Shown: positions 11,121-25,209, counted from the first letter of the stretch. The stretch: DNA of 32,367 nucleotides from Octopus sinensis (GCF_006345805.1 NW_021832903.1:1-32367); one strand, 5' to 3'. Notes: a model not told the origin generated them from the letters alone. Translations and numbers: made by a program.

Positions 11121-11286
11121 CTCCCTTCTCGATATCTTTCCTTCTCCTATGTTTCCGACGAAGAGCTCCGCTCGAAACGTTAAACCCTCCTTCTTCCCTT
11201 CTTTCCTGAGTGTCCAATAATACTATATTTGTTCCACGCCCTCGCGTTGTTGTGTTTTTTTGTGTTTTCTTGTTTGGATTAACTTT
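11121..11286 (+). mobile_element. Penelope-like element 3' remnant ending in (TA)n
   Basis: Contains a minimal hammerhead motif; pyrimidine/T-rich tail runs into (TA)n. Confidence 0.6.
11151..11185 (+). ncRNA. Minimal type I hammerhead ribozyme motif (U4C variant)
   Basis: GTTT-CCGACGA-A-GAGC tcc GCTC-GAAA-CG-TT-AAAC: stem I, core, stem II, GAAA and palindromic stem III. Confidence 0.65.
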
Positions 11287-11839
11287 ATATATATATATAT
11301 AAATGGGAGATCTGACTGTATAGTTATAATTATATTATATTAAAACATATATATATATATCCAAGGTAATATAGTAGAGTATATTTTATACACATATTTA
11401 CAGATATATATTTTATATATGATATGTGTATGTGTGTATGTTGTACGTACCAGCGCACACACGAGCACAGTCACCCCAATCCTCACCCCCCGCTTTCGCA
11501 CACACTCCTATTCGTATATGAGAGTGAAAGTAACAGTATTCGAGAAAAAAAAACCTACGTAAATATTGTAAACAAACAAAACAACAATTTCTTATCTTGC
11601 TTATTTGGTTGGCTAAAAATGATATCAATATAATTTATCAACTTGTCATAATGTCACTCAGCAATAATAAAAAAAAACAACCCTGGCCCACCTCTCCTCG
11701 TCTCTCTTGTTTACCGTTCTGTGTTTCTGATTTTTCTTATTATTTCATTCATTTTTTTTATCACTTTTTCTCATGTTTTGTTTTTTGTTTAGTTAGTTTT
11801 GTTTTACTTATTCTGGTTATTGTTTCTTTTGTTGCTAGT

Positions 11840-12515
<676 letters not shown>

Positions 12516-13158
12516 TATCCTTTGGAGTTTTCATACGGAACTTCTTTATTTTTTCATTAATATTTTTGAAGTTCGTTTAATGTTATATTTTGTGTGTGTA
12601 TGTTGCTTGGTTATATATATATATATATATTTTTTGTTTTGTAGTGATTTTGTTCTTTTTGATGTCGTTTCTGTGTTATATTTTCGTATTATCTGTTCAT
12701 ATTAATTCGTTGTTTTTTTGTACATTGTCTTTTTGATAAAACTTGACAAATTATTTCAATGCCCTGCAGACCACCTTGTGATTTCAAGCCATCTTGATTC
12801 AGCGGAGATTTAATGGGTTTACACATACATACATAAATATGTGCTTATGTATGTATGTATGAATGCGTGTATGTATGTATGTATGTGCGTGTTTGTCTGT
12901 ATGTATGTGTTATTGTGTGTTTTTTGTGTGTGTATGTGTGTGTTTGTGTAATTGCCGGAAATTATGTATACAACCACTGATAAGGCTGCAGGACTGTAGA
13001 TAGTAGCTTTGCTACAGAATATTATAGTATTATTTAATTCATATATTCACACACATACACACAGAAAGGAACTCAAACTCATATACGCGCATGCGTACAC
13101 TGGTGCACATGTATGCGTGTGCTTGCGTCAGTAAAGATACACACACATACATCCATGT

Positions 13159-13201
<43 letters not shown>

Positions 13202-13543
13202 ATATATTATATATATATATTATATATATATATGTATGTATATATGTATGTATGTATGTATATATGTATGGAATACACCTAGACGGGTCGTGAATCCAAA
13301 GTTCAAAGTAAAGCTGAACCATATTTATCTATACATTCAGGGACATAGGGTACTCTCAAAGATCATGACCGTTGCCCTTCAATTTCTCCTCCCTCTTTAT
13401 CTACATCATCTTCCTGTCTGTCTCATTTTTTTCCTTCTGCTTGTTTAACGGTGTTTATCCATTGCTGTATCTCCCCTCTCCTTTACCTTTATCTCCTTGT
13501 ATTACTTTTAACTCTTCTCCCACCCTATACTGATAATCTCTTG

Positions 13544-13601
<58 letters not shown>

Positions 13602-13884
13602 ATATATATATATCAACAACATTGTCCTAAATATCAATTTCAGCCAACAATGGAAGTCTCAGAGCGTTCGCTCGACCTTCTATCTTTTGTTGCTAGATCC
13701 CTGTAGATTATACCCTCGTGTTTTAAGAACGAGTTGAAAATGCAGATTGGTGTTATGTGAATAGTATTAACAATGGTATCTATACTCAGGTTCCTGCAAT
13801 AGCGTTATCCCTCTTTGGTGTTAAATGCCATCCCTTTCGGGGGATCATGTCTGCTGGGTTTTCTTTGCGATGTTAAAAAAAGGC

Positions 13885-14550
13885 CGGAGGAAAGGAGGCA
13901 GACAGAAGGATAATAACTCACGAGGAGTGGAAGGAGAGGGGTGGAGGAGGGGAGGAGTAGCAGGAGGAGGAAAGAACGAAGAGAAGGAAAATAGGTTAGG
14001 AGAGAAGATGACACAGGAAAGGAGGAAAATGAAAGGGGACGTAAGTGGGTAGAGTAGAAAAGAAACAGAAACGGGGGTAGGGAGGAGAGATTGGAGAGGT
14101 GGGATTAGAGAAAAAATTGTAGCAGGAGGTGGAGAAGGAAGAGTATGGGAAGACTGTAGAAGAGGTGAAGAGGAGGATGAAGTGGATGAGAGGGAGAAGA
14201 AGAGATGGAGAGGAGGAGAAAAAGTGGAGGGAGAGGAGGAGGGGCAGAGAGGGAAGATGTGTGGGAAAAGGAGAAGGGAGGAGGGAGAAGTAAAGGAGGA
14301 GGGAGATGAGAATGAATAGGAGGAGAAAGAAGAGTGGAAGTGGATTATGAAGAGGAGTGGAGGAGCACGGTGAAGAGGAGGGTAGCAGAAGAAGTGGAAG
14401 TCGAAGGTGAGGTTGAAGAGGAGTGGTTGGAGAAGAGGTGGAGGAGGGAAGGGAGATTCGGAGAGGAGGATGAAGAGGAGGGGTCGAGGATGATGAAGAG
14501 GAGGGTATTCGAGGAGCAAGAGGAGGGAGGGTACGAGGAAGCGGATTATG
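13885..14550. repeat. GA-rich (polypurine-biased) low-complexity tract
   Basis: About 660 bp dominated by G and A on the + strand (GGA/GAG/GAA words). Confidence 0.9.
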
Positions 14551-15010
14551 AAGGACCAGGTTCGGTAGATAACGTACAAATGACTGTGCATGACTGATGT
14601 TCAGCCATTTCCAGCATGTCTCGCTGGCCTTTGTTCGTCTTCGAAGTTGGTGTCACATTCCTTGAAGCGTCTGAACGTTCGTTGCCAGTTCCTGGATGTT
14701 ACATATCAGAATTTTTTCTTTTTTGCCGCAGTCCTTGTACTCAATCTTTTTCTCTCACAGGAAGCGTAAAATGTCTCGAGTTGCAACATTTTTCACCATT
14801 CATAATCAAAGCTGTTAAATAAGGAAGAAGCAATTGTATATGGTTGAAATGAAAACAAACATTAAACAATTCGTCAACGACCAGACAAGTTGTATAACAT
14901 TAATGATATAACATAGAGATACGTGTTGCCAAAACCAACAGTGAAAATCCAAAACATCGTTTGATTCAGCCTTATACACACACACACACACGTGCATATA
15001 TACATACATA

Positions 15011-15429
15011 GGCGTAGGAGTGGCTGTGTGGTAAGTAACTTGCTAACCAACCACATGGTTCCGGGTTCAGTCCCACTGCGTGGCACCTTGGGCAAGTGTC
15101 TTCTGCTATAGCCCCGGGCCTACCAGTGGCTTGTGAGTGGATTTGGTAGACGGAAACTAAAAGAAGCCTGTCGTATATATGTATATATATATATATATGT
15201 GTGTGTGTGTATGTGTTTGTGTGTCTGTGTTTGTCGCCCTAGCATTGCTTGACAACCGATGCTGCTGTATTTACGTCCCCGTCACTTAGCGGTTCGGCCA
15301 AAGAGTCCGATAGAATAAGTACTGGGCTTACAAAGAATAAGTCACGGGATCGATTTGCTCGACTAAAGGCGGTGCTCCAGCATGGCCGCAGTCAAATGAC
15401 TGAAACAAGTAAAAAGAATTAAAAAAGAG

Positions 15430-15430
<1 letters not shown>
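15011..15430 (+). mobile_element. Family K SINE, full length
   Basis: Matches 7201-7617. Confidence 0.92.
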
Positions 15431-15468
<38 letters not shown>

Positions 15469-15489
15469 GTATGTATGTATATATATATA

Positions 15490-15667
15490 CATTTTACAAT
15501 ATCTCAGAGAGATTTGTGCAGTAGTGGTACGATAAAGTAGTTGTATACTGTCAATTTAATGTGGCAGTCCCAAGAAGGGAATCATTCTACTGCTATTTAG
15601 CCCTAGGCAAAGTATGATTCCCTTTATGGGACTGTCACATTAAGTTGACAGTATGCAACTACTTTAT
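15490..15667 (-). mobile_element. Hairpin-plus-tail insertion H2 in (TA)n
   Basis: 57-bp arms at 15532-15588 and 15611-15667 (~6 mismatches), 22-nt loop, ~42-nt tail on the left, TA repeats on both sides. Confidence 0.65.
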
Positions 15668-15670
15668 ATA

Positions 15671-15813
<143 letters not shown>

Positions 15814-16143
15814 ATATGTATGAATGGTGAATCCCATTTAATTTTTTTTCTAAATCTTAATTCGACATAGTAGCCGGATTGTAAGCAAGCCGAACAAAAA
15901 TCTCGCTTAGATTTCTCCTGGTTTTATGGCCTGAGTTCAAATGTCACCGAAGTCAACTTTCCTTTCCATTGCCTCACCAAAATCAGCATCAGATGAACAC
16001 AGGTAGTCTCCTTCTCACGTAATCCCCGTGCTATCCCACATAAAATATAAAACTTACTCCGCAGTGTTGTCTTGCATTAATAATAAGTGCCTCTCCGACT
16101 GTTGTCAAATCTCTTATTCATTCTCTTATAAGTCACTCATTCA

Positions 16144-16734
16144 GGCGGCGAGCTGGCAGGAATGTTGACGCGACGGGCGAAATGTTTAGCGTTATTTCGT
16201 CTGCCGTTACGTTCTGAGTTTAAATCCCGCCGAGGTCGACTTTGCCTTTCATCCTTTCAGGGTCGATTAACTAAGTACCAGTTACGCTCTGGGGTCGTTA
16301 TAATCGACTTCATCCGTTTGTCTGTCCTTGTTTGTCCTGTCTGTGTTCAGCCCCTAGTGGGTAGTAAAGAAATAGGTATTTCGTCTACCGCTACGTTCTG
16401 AGTTCAAATTCCGCCGTGGTCGACTTTGCCTTTCATCCTTTCGGGGTCCGATTAAATAACTACCAGTTACGCTCTGGGGTCGATATAATCGACTTCATCC
16501 GTTTGTCTGTCCTTGTTTGTCCTCTCTGTGTTCAGCCCCTTGTGGGTAGTAAAGAAATAGGTATTTCGTCTGCCGCTACGTTCTGAGTTCAAATCCCGCC
16601 GAAGTCGACTTTGCCTTTCATCCTTTCGGGGTCGATTAAATAAGTACCAGTTACGCACTAGGGTCGATGTAGCCGATTTAATCCCTTTGTCTGTCCTTGT
16701 TTGTCCCCTCTATGTTTATCCCCTTTTGGGCAAT
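16144..16734 (+). mobile_element. Family M SINE, tandem trimer (~185-bp period)
   Basis: Head GGCGGCGAGCTGGCAG. TATTTCGTCT unit starts at 16193, 16377 and 16562. Each unit has a B-box-like GAGTT(C/T)AAAT and CTTTGCCTTTCATCCTTTC. Confidence 0.9.
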
Positions 16735-16814
16735 TTATATTGCTCTACATAATTTTGAGGCCCTTATGGCGAAAACCACTTAAAGTCTTATTAAAGTTAC
16801 CATATTTCTTTCCC

Positions 16815-16975
16815 TTATTACTACTACTACTACTACTACTACCACTACCACCACTACTATTACTACTACTACAACTACTACTACTACTACTACTACACCA
16901 CTACAACTACCACAACCACCACTACTATTACTACTACAACTACTAATATAAGTACGACTACTACTACTACTTCTG
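16815..16975. repeat. (ACT)n/(ACC)n microsatellite
   Basis: Direct reading. Confidence 0.9.
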
Positions 16976-17564
16976 CTGTTGCGGTTGTTGTTAAGCTCGT
17001 GGACTGGAAGAATCTTTTTATGTGGCGAACACAATGTTTTCCTTTTTTAAATACGATTTGCGCTCTGAACAAAATTCCGAACGAGGTCGACGTTACATTT
17101 CCTTTATCCGGCGGCTATGAATAGACTATCTTTTGTCACGTAGTATGATCGAAATAATCAGCTTTTTCCTCTCGTTTAATATAATGGAGCTGTCTAACAA
17201 ACAGCAGACAAGTTGCCAATAAAATGCTTCATGCAACCTCGAAAACCCCGCGTAAATTTTTAGTGAACCTGACGCTATGCTAAAAGGTATATGCTTAATG
17301 TGCTGCGTGGTGAGATCGAACGTGGAACTGCATGACTTCGAAGCAAGTTTCTTCGACATTCAGCTCTCCTTGTGCTCTTTGATGATGGTTTTAAAGTAGG
17401 AATTTGTACTAAACGTTTCATTTTAGATATTTTATCAGGACATACTTTTAAATCATATTTCAAAGGTTAAATAAATGTTTTGAAAGGTTAGAGGAAAGGG
17501 CCAGAGTTTGTTAGTGTATGTAAACGCATGAACGTATGTATTTCTGCGTGTGTCAGGTATGGTA

Positions 17565-17602
<38 letters not shown>

Positions 17603-17738
17603 CACGAGCGTGCGTATGTGTGTCAGTTTGAGTTTTAATTTCAAAGGTTAGATCAATAAATTAAAAACAACAAACCTATTTTAGAACTTGGTTGAAGTTT
17701 TTCATTTCTCTCTCCCCACTCTCTCTCTCTCTCTCTCC

Positions 17739-17780
<42 letters not shown>

Positions 17781-18656
17781 CTCTCTTTCTATCTCTCTCT
17801 ACCGTGAAATTATGGATGCGAAAACCACTAGAATTCTCACCTAAAGTTACAATATTTCTCTCCCTTTTTAAGTACTCTTCCATTTATCTGCAACCTGATC
17901 TCTCACGATCTCTTTATCTTGATATTTCTAACATGAAAAAGTCATGGATATTTTCCTCGTCTTTTACATTATTTTCCTTTTGATGCTTTTTGACTATAAT
18001 TTCAAACAATATTCAAAGGAATATGAAAGGAAAATTCTGCCATTTGAAATGAAAGCACTTTCTTAAAACATGTATTCTATTTCCAAAAATAAATATGGTG
18101 CGAAGACATAACAGATACCCACTACGAATTGTATTTGCCTTCTTATCTCCCTTTGAACATATATCGTTGTTTTCTAGTTGTTGTTATTGTTGTATTTATT
18201 GTTTTTATCTCCCGGTCAACTCCGGTTGAACAGACTTGTGATCATATCGAAGATTTTATAATCGTATCCATCCCATAACCATCTTCGTTTTCGTTTTATT
18301 CTTTAGATATCATTCGAAGAGGAATTTATTGGAGCCGCATGGTGTGACTTTGGCAAGTGTTGGCTGCTATGTCTTTGCTTGAGGCAATGTTAAAGTCTTG
18401 GTGTGGATAAAAACACCTACACCGGTTCTCTTCAAATAAAGGCATAATCCCGTCAGATATTACACGGATATCTGCAGGCGAGAGAAGATGGTGGTGAAGA
18501 TGTTTAGTGGACTAAATTACTGTTGAAATACACATTTAACTATGTTTGTGTAATATAAGGAGGGCTATTGGGAGAAGATATTACAATTGCTCTACAAATT
18601 TAGAACACGTTTCCTTTGTTAACAAAAACAATCATATACTGCGTACAAGTGTGGTT

Positions 18657-18936
18657 GCTGAACACTTTTTGATCTCCATGTGTCTAACACACGTGGACAT
18701 GCCTACAAAGTCAGAAAACAACACAGCTCCCATGACTTTCGGAAACATTCTTCACGCTCAGAGTTGCTGAAGCATGGAATAAACTGCCTGCGTCAGTTGT
18801 TGACTGCCATGACACTGCATCCTTTAAGGCCTCATGCTTTCCGAAATCCGCCGAAACTACACCTGATTATATTTACACTTTAGATGAGTTGTAGTGCACC
18901 TGAGCACTGTACACAATTATTATTATTATTATTATT
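18657..18936 (+). mobile_element. 5'-truncated CR1 LINE 3' end with (ATT)n tail
   Basis: SNTRGHAYKVRKQHSSHDFRKH(fs)FTLRVAEAWNKLPASVVDC..TASFK shows the CR1 'TRGH..K...FFxxRVxxxWNxLP' signature. Short 3' UTR, then (ATT)n. Confidence 0.85.
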
Positions 18937-19290
18937 TCAACAAATTCACTTCCTAAACTCGTAAGTTGAAGCACGGCAGGACACTAAATTGAAGCACATA
19001 TTTTACACATGAATTGTGACTGAAAATTGAAAGCAGAAAACCTGACAGAAATCCGTATTGCTCTTGTAGTGGGATGCATTTGTCTGAAGGAACAATGTCG
19101 CCGAATATTTCATTTTAATTCTCAGGAAAATATAATTCTGTACAGCAACAGGTCGAAATTTACTTTGTAAGTAATTTAAAGTCATACTTTGTAAACGGAA
19201 TATAAATAAATGGAAACTATTCAAAGGTACACCCTTGTTAGAATATACCACATCCGAGTACTACACAACATATTATTGGAAGTTTATATA

Positions 19291-19378
<88 letters not shown>

Positions 19379-19425
19379 ATAAAAATATATATATACGTAT
19401 AGATGCAAGTATGTTCATATGTGAA

Positions 19426-19634
19426 GGCGCGTGGCTTAGTGGTTAGGGTGTCAGCATCATGATCGTAAGATTGTGGTTTCGATTCCTGGACTGGGCGATG
19501 CATTGTGTTCTTGAGCAAAACACTTCATTTCACGTTGCTTCAGTCCACTCAGCAGGCAAAAATGAGTAACGCTGCGATGGACTGGCGTCCCCTCCTGCTG
19601 GGAAACATATACGCCATAGAAACCGAGAAACCGG
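19426..19634 (+). mobile_element. SINE head B + tail 2
   Basis: Homologous to 10292-10525. Confidence 0.85.
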
Positions 19635-19646
19635 AAAGAGCGCTAG

Positions 19647-19906
19647 TGGAGGCACATGGCCTGGTGGTTAGAGCAGCGGACATGCGGTCGAGGGATCGTG
19701 GGTTCGAATCTCAGACTGGGTGATGTGTGTTTATGAGCGAAACACCTAAGCTCCACGCGGCTCTGGCAGAAGGTAATGGCGAACTTCTGCTGACTCTTTG
19801 GCCACAACTTTCTCTCACTCTTTCCTCCTGCACCTTGCAGTTCACCTGCGACGGACCAGCGCCCCGTCCAGGGGGGACTTATACGCCAAGGAAACCAGGA
19901 AAAAAA
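19647..19906 (+). mobile_element. SINE head A + tail 2
   Basis: TGGAGGCACATGGCCTGGTGGTTAGAGCAGCGG...GGTTCGAATC...AAACACCTAAGCTCCACG...CCACAACTTTCTCTCACTCTT, then CTGCGACGGACCAGCG...TACGCCAAGGAAACCAGG. Confidence 0.85.
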
Positions 19907-20153
19907 CGATGTGTGGGGGCATATGTACGTGCGTATGGTAAAAGAGTTGGAGAGTGGCAGAAAGAGAAAGCGAGAAGAGAAGTGTGTTCGAATATATGGC
20001 TTGGCAAATACATATAAACTCAGACAGATACCCATCCCTCTATCTCTCCCTTTCCTCCTCTCTATACGTATGTACGTATACTTGTATATATAATTATATG
20101 CGTGTGATTATACACATGTACGTATATATATATATAATATATATATATATATT

Positions 20154-20191
<38 letters not shown>

Positions 20192-20885
20192 GGGGGGGTA
20201 TGTATATATATATATATATGTGTGTGTGTGGGTGTTTGTGTGCGTATGTATATGTGTGTACATATATGTGATTATTTGTCTGCATATGCGGAATTATTTA
20301 TTTATTTATTTATTTTTATTTATTTAGCGTTGTGCATATATGTGTACCGGAGTGTATATATATATATCTGACAGTGGATAAGAAACTGGCCAACAAATAG
20401 CTAAGGAATTAAATAAGGCCATTAGTACGAAAGAAGTTAGAGAATGCGAATGTATTTAATGCCATAACTTTATTTCAAAAACATTATGGCTAATATCGGT
20501 TGAGGAATATTTGCTTCTCTACGTTCATTTGTCTAAAGAAATACAACAGCTTTCTCTGTGGAATTTAGCTAATGGTAGCTAGTTTTATTTGTGTATTTAT
20601 TTTAAGTTTTCGTTGATTTATTTTTATTTTTACTTTATTCAACTTTCGATATTTTGGGATTTGTGTTCTGTTTTATTTTTATTTTAAATATCGACCGTTC
20701 TGTCTTCTTTTTTTCCTTGATAATATCGACTTTACTTGAATATGACTTAAATGTATTGTTGTTGTTAGTTTTCGTTGTGTTATTGTTGTTGTTGTTCTTA
20801 AGTTTTTAGCAGTCGATGCTTGTTGTCTTCGCTGTTGACCCTACTCCTGTTCGATTCCGACTTAGTAGACACGTTGTGGCTCCGA

Positions 20886-21068
20886 CTACTTGACAAACAT
20901 AGGATGTGATTTGCGGCCCCAGCATTCTCGATGAAACACTTTTCTTTCTGGTTGACCCTGTGGTTGGCTGGAACCAACAGATCTATGATCAAATACATTC
21001 ATTCCCATGACATCGTATCTTGTACTTTTCAAAGTGCATGCTTTTGCTTTCAAATTTTTACCGAAAAT
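20886..21068 (-). CDS. Candidate terminal coding exon, unknown protein (60 aa)
   Basis: Acceptor TTTATCCCTCAG|, then open frame IFGKNLKAKACTLKSTRYDVMGMNVFDHRSVGSSQPQGQPERKVFHRECWGRKSHPMFVK*. Unique sequence, GC-richer than its flanks, with AATAAA downstream near 20635. Confidence 0.35.
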   Translation of the reverse strand: MFGKNLKAKACTLKSTRYDVMGMNVFDHRSVGSSQPQGQPERKVFHRECWGRKSHPMFVK

Positions 21069-21139
21069 CTGAGGGATAAATTGATTTGTATTATGCTAAT
21101 GGCTACCCACATCTACTGCATATATATATATATATATAT

Positions 21140-22090
<951 letters not shown>

Positions 22091-22094
22091 AAGT

Positions 22095-22579
22095 AGTGGC
22101 TGCGTGGTAAGTAGCTTGCTTACCAGCCACGCGGTTCCGGGTTCAGTCTTCTACTATAGTGTCTTCTACTATAGCCTCGGGCCGACCAAAGCCTTGTGAG
22201 TGGATTTGGTAGATGGAAACTGAAAGAAGCCTGTCCTATATATATATATATATACAATAAAATATTAGGGAATAAATCCAAACTTACAGGGAAAAATCAG
22301 ATTTAGGATTGAATCCAATTTTATAGTAAAATATTATATTATATTAAATTAGAGATAAAACCACTATTAGGCAAATCAAACAATGAAAAACTTAAGCCAA
22401 TGCATAAAATTAATTAATTTATATTATTTTAAATATATATCAAAATTATTAAAAGTTTAATAAAAGATAAACTTTTAATAATTTTCATATATATTTAAAA
22501 TAATATAAATTAATTAATATTATGTATTGGCTTAAGTTTTTCATTGTTTAATTTGTCTAATAGTGGTTTTATCTCTAAT

Positions 22580-22627
<48 letters not shown>

Positions 22628-22818
22628 GAGTGTATATACTTGACAACAGATGCTGGTGTGTTTACATCCCCGTAACTTAGCGGTTCGGCATAAGAGACCG
22701 ATAGAATAAGTACTAGGCTTACAAAAAATAAGTCCTGGGGTTGATTTGCTCGACTAAAAGGCGGTGCTCCAGCATGGTCGCAGTCAAATGACTGAAACAA
22801 GTAAAAGAGTTGAAGAGA
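22095..22818 (+). mobile_element. Family K SINE with internal rearrangement and nested H4
   Basis: 5' part 22095-22250 has a duplicated GTCTTCTACTATAG replacing part of the head. 3' part spans 22640-22818. Confidence 0.85.
22255..22586 (-). mobile_element. Hairpin-plus-tail insertion H4 within the SINE's internal (TA)n
   Basis: ~119-bp arms at 22341-22459 and 22468-22586, 8-nt loop, ~86-nt tail on the left. Confidence 0.7.
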
Positions 22819-23070
22819 ATATATATATATATATCTTATGGAGCTAATTTAGGGTCTGAGCTCTATCGTACGCCTGCGCTCGTTCTGAAGGAAATGTTTA
22901 TATAAATCTTCTTTGAGATTTGATGATAATTGTACTTAGGGTGGGACAAATGTAGACCGCGTAGCTTTAAAAAGGTACGGGTATAGTACTCATTTCTACT
23001 CGTGTACCAGTAGGATATTTATGAGACAATTACACTAGTTGTTGTCACATATGTTATGGGAAATGAGATA

Positions 23071-23245
23071 AGTCGATCAAGTTGACCCCAGTACCCAATG
23101 TGTACTTATTTTATCGAACCCCAAAAGAAGAAAGGCAAAGTCACCTTCGGCGGTATTTGAACTCAGAACGTAAAAAACGAAGATCCGCTAAGCTGTTTTT
23201 TCTTTTTTTCCGGCGTGCTAATTAGTTCTGCCAGACCACCGCCTT
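23071..23245 (-). mobile_element. Family M SINE, degraded
   Basis: GAAAGGCAAAGTC..CGGCGGTATTTGAACTCAGAACGT..TCTGCCAG..CCGCC is the reverse complement of the M consensus. Confidence 0.8.
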
Positions 23246-23258
23246 AATAATAATAATA

Positions 23259-23297
<39 letters not shown>

Positions 23298-23307
23298 TAA
23301 AAATAAC

Positions 23308-23383
<76 letters not shown>

Positions 23384-23430
23384 TTAATAATAATATTAAT
23401 AATAATATTAATAATAATAATAATAATAAT

Positions 23431-23926
23431 TGGAAGTGTTATCATGTACATTGTTTTGTCTTGGTATAAAAGATGGGCTACAGCAAATATTCTGCTCAAT
23501 ACCACAGATTTGCTTGTCAGTTGTTTGACCTTAACCAGTTGAGCATGTCCCTTAGTGGCTGACGATATGTGCATCTCTGATCACGAGCAGAAGTAGTGGG
23601 GGAGCATCATAGCCATGTGTTGAGAGGGATTGTTGGGGTTTGAATAATCCACCTCTGGAACATGGGTGGTTCTTTCAACATCTTTAAACAACCCTTATTC
23701 AGGGACCTTTTGAGCGGGATGGGCTACTCAACCTGAAGAAAATTCTAACTGGGCCCCACCTGCAAGGTCAGGTGCTGTATCTTGATATGAGATCACCATG
23801 TCGCGCACATATGGTTGTGATGCATGTGCCTGGTGTACCTTTATCAGACGGGTAGTCATGATGGGTATTGGGCTTCGTATATTTTACCCCAGTGTCACTT
23901 TGATGGCATGCACTGCTCTCTCACTC
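23431..23926 (+). mobile_element. 5'-truncated non-LTR-like element 3' region inserted in (AAT)n
   Basis: GC-richer unique block bounded by (AAT)n on both sides. Its last ~140 bp recur at 23954-24091 with the same 3' end. Confidence 0.65.
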
Positions 23927-23953
23927 AATAATAATAATAATAATAATAATTTT

Positions 23954-24091
23954 ATATGAGATCACCATGTCGCGCCCATATGGTTGTGATGCATGTGCCT
24001 GGTGTACCCTTATCAGACGGGTAGTCATGATGGGTATATTGGCCTTCGTATATTTTACCCCAGTGTCACTTTGATGGCATGCACTACTCTC
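23954..24091 (+). mobile_element. Second, shorter copy of the (AAT)n-inserted element
   Basis: ATATGAGATCACCATGTCGCGC...GTGTCACTTTGATGGCATGCACT, then (AAT)n. Confidence 0.7.
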
Positions 24092-24245
24092 AATAATAAT
24101 AATAATAATAATAATAATATAATAATAATAATAATAATAATATAATAATAATATAATATAATAATAATAATAATATAATAAAAGAAGAAGAAGAAGAGAA
24201 GAAGAAGAAGAAGAAGAAGAAGAAGAAGAAGAAGAAGAAGAACCG

Positions 24246-24458
24246 TGTTTACCATAGGCATATGAGTCTGAAATTTGGCGGGAAGAGCCCAGTCGATTAG
24301 ATCGATTTCAGTACGCAAATGGTACTAATTTGTCGACCCTGAAAGGAAGAAAGGCAAAGTCGACCTCGATAGAATTTGAACTTGGAACGTAACGACAGGC
24401 GATATTACCGCTAAGCATTCCGTACAGCGTTCTAACGATTCTGCCAGATCGTGGCCTT
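24246..24458 (-). mobile_element. Family M SINE, degraded monomer
   Basis: GTCGACCCTGAAAGGAAGAAAGGCAAAGTCGACCTCG..ATTTGAAC..CCGCTAAGCATT..TTCTGCCAG. Confidence 0.8.
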
Positions 24459-24459
24459 G

Positions 24460-24514
24460 ATAATAATAATATTAATATTAGTAGTAGTGATGGTAGTAGT
24501 AGTAGTAGTAGTAA

Positions 24515-24549
<35 letters not shown>

Positions 24550-24620
24550 TGGTGGTGGTGGTGGTAGTAGTGGTAGTAGTAGTAGTAGTAGTATTAGTAG
24601 TAGCAATAATAATAATGATA

Positions 24621-24668
<48 letters not shown>

Positions 24669-24906
24669 TAATAATGATAATAATAATAATGATGATGATA
24701 ATAATAATAATAATGATAATAATAATAATTATGAAGTTGCCATTGTTAATGGTGTTGATAGGGAGGAAGAGATGGAGAACAAGAAAATGAGGTGTAACGA
24801 ATACTCAAATTTGCCACTCTTCAAAATTGAAATATATCCATTAACACCGGTAAAATAATAAGGAACAAAAAATAAGAATAAGAATAACAACAACAATAAT
24901 TAGAAC

Positions 24907-24970
<64 letters not shown>

Positions 24971-24976
24971 TTAATA

Positions 24977-25017
<41 letters not shown>

Positions 25018-25147
25018 TTAATAATATAATAATAATAATAATGATAAAAATAATAATAATAATAATAGTAATAATAATAATAATATTAATAATAATGATA
25101 ATAATAATAATAATAATAATAACAGTAATAGTAATAATAATAATAAT

Positions 25148-25202
<55 letters not shown>

Positions 25203-25209
25203 TAATAAT

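Noticed and set aside
13845-14591. 248-aa Pro/Ser/Leu/Phe-rich ORF
   Set aside because: The frame is open because pyrimidine-rich DNA lacks stop codons; no recognisable domain.
16193-16734. Regular repeats suggestive of a CRISPR array or retrozyme
   Set aside because: Whole 185-bp units repeat with no unique spacers, the context is eukaryotic SINE, and I found no ribozyme core in the unit.
17126-17463. Two short minus-strand ORFs in unique sequence
   Set aside because: No splice signals, motifs or homology that I can support.
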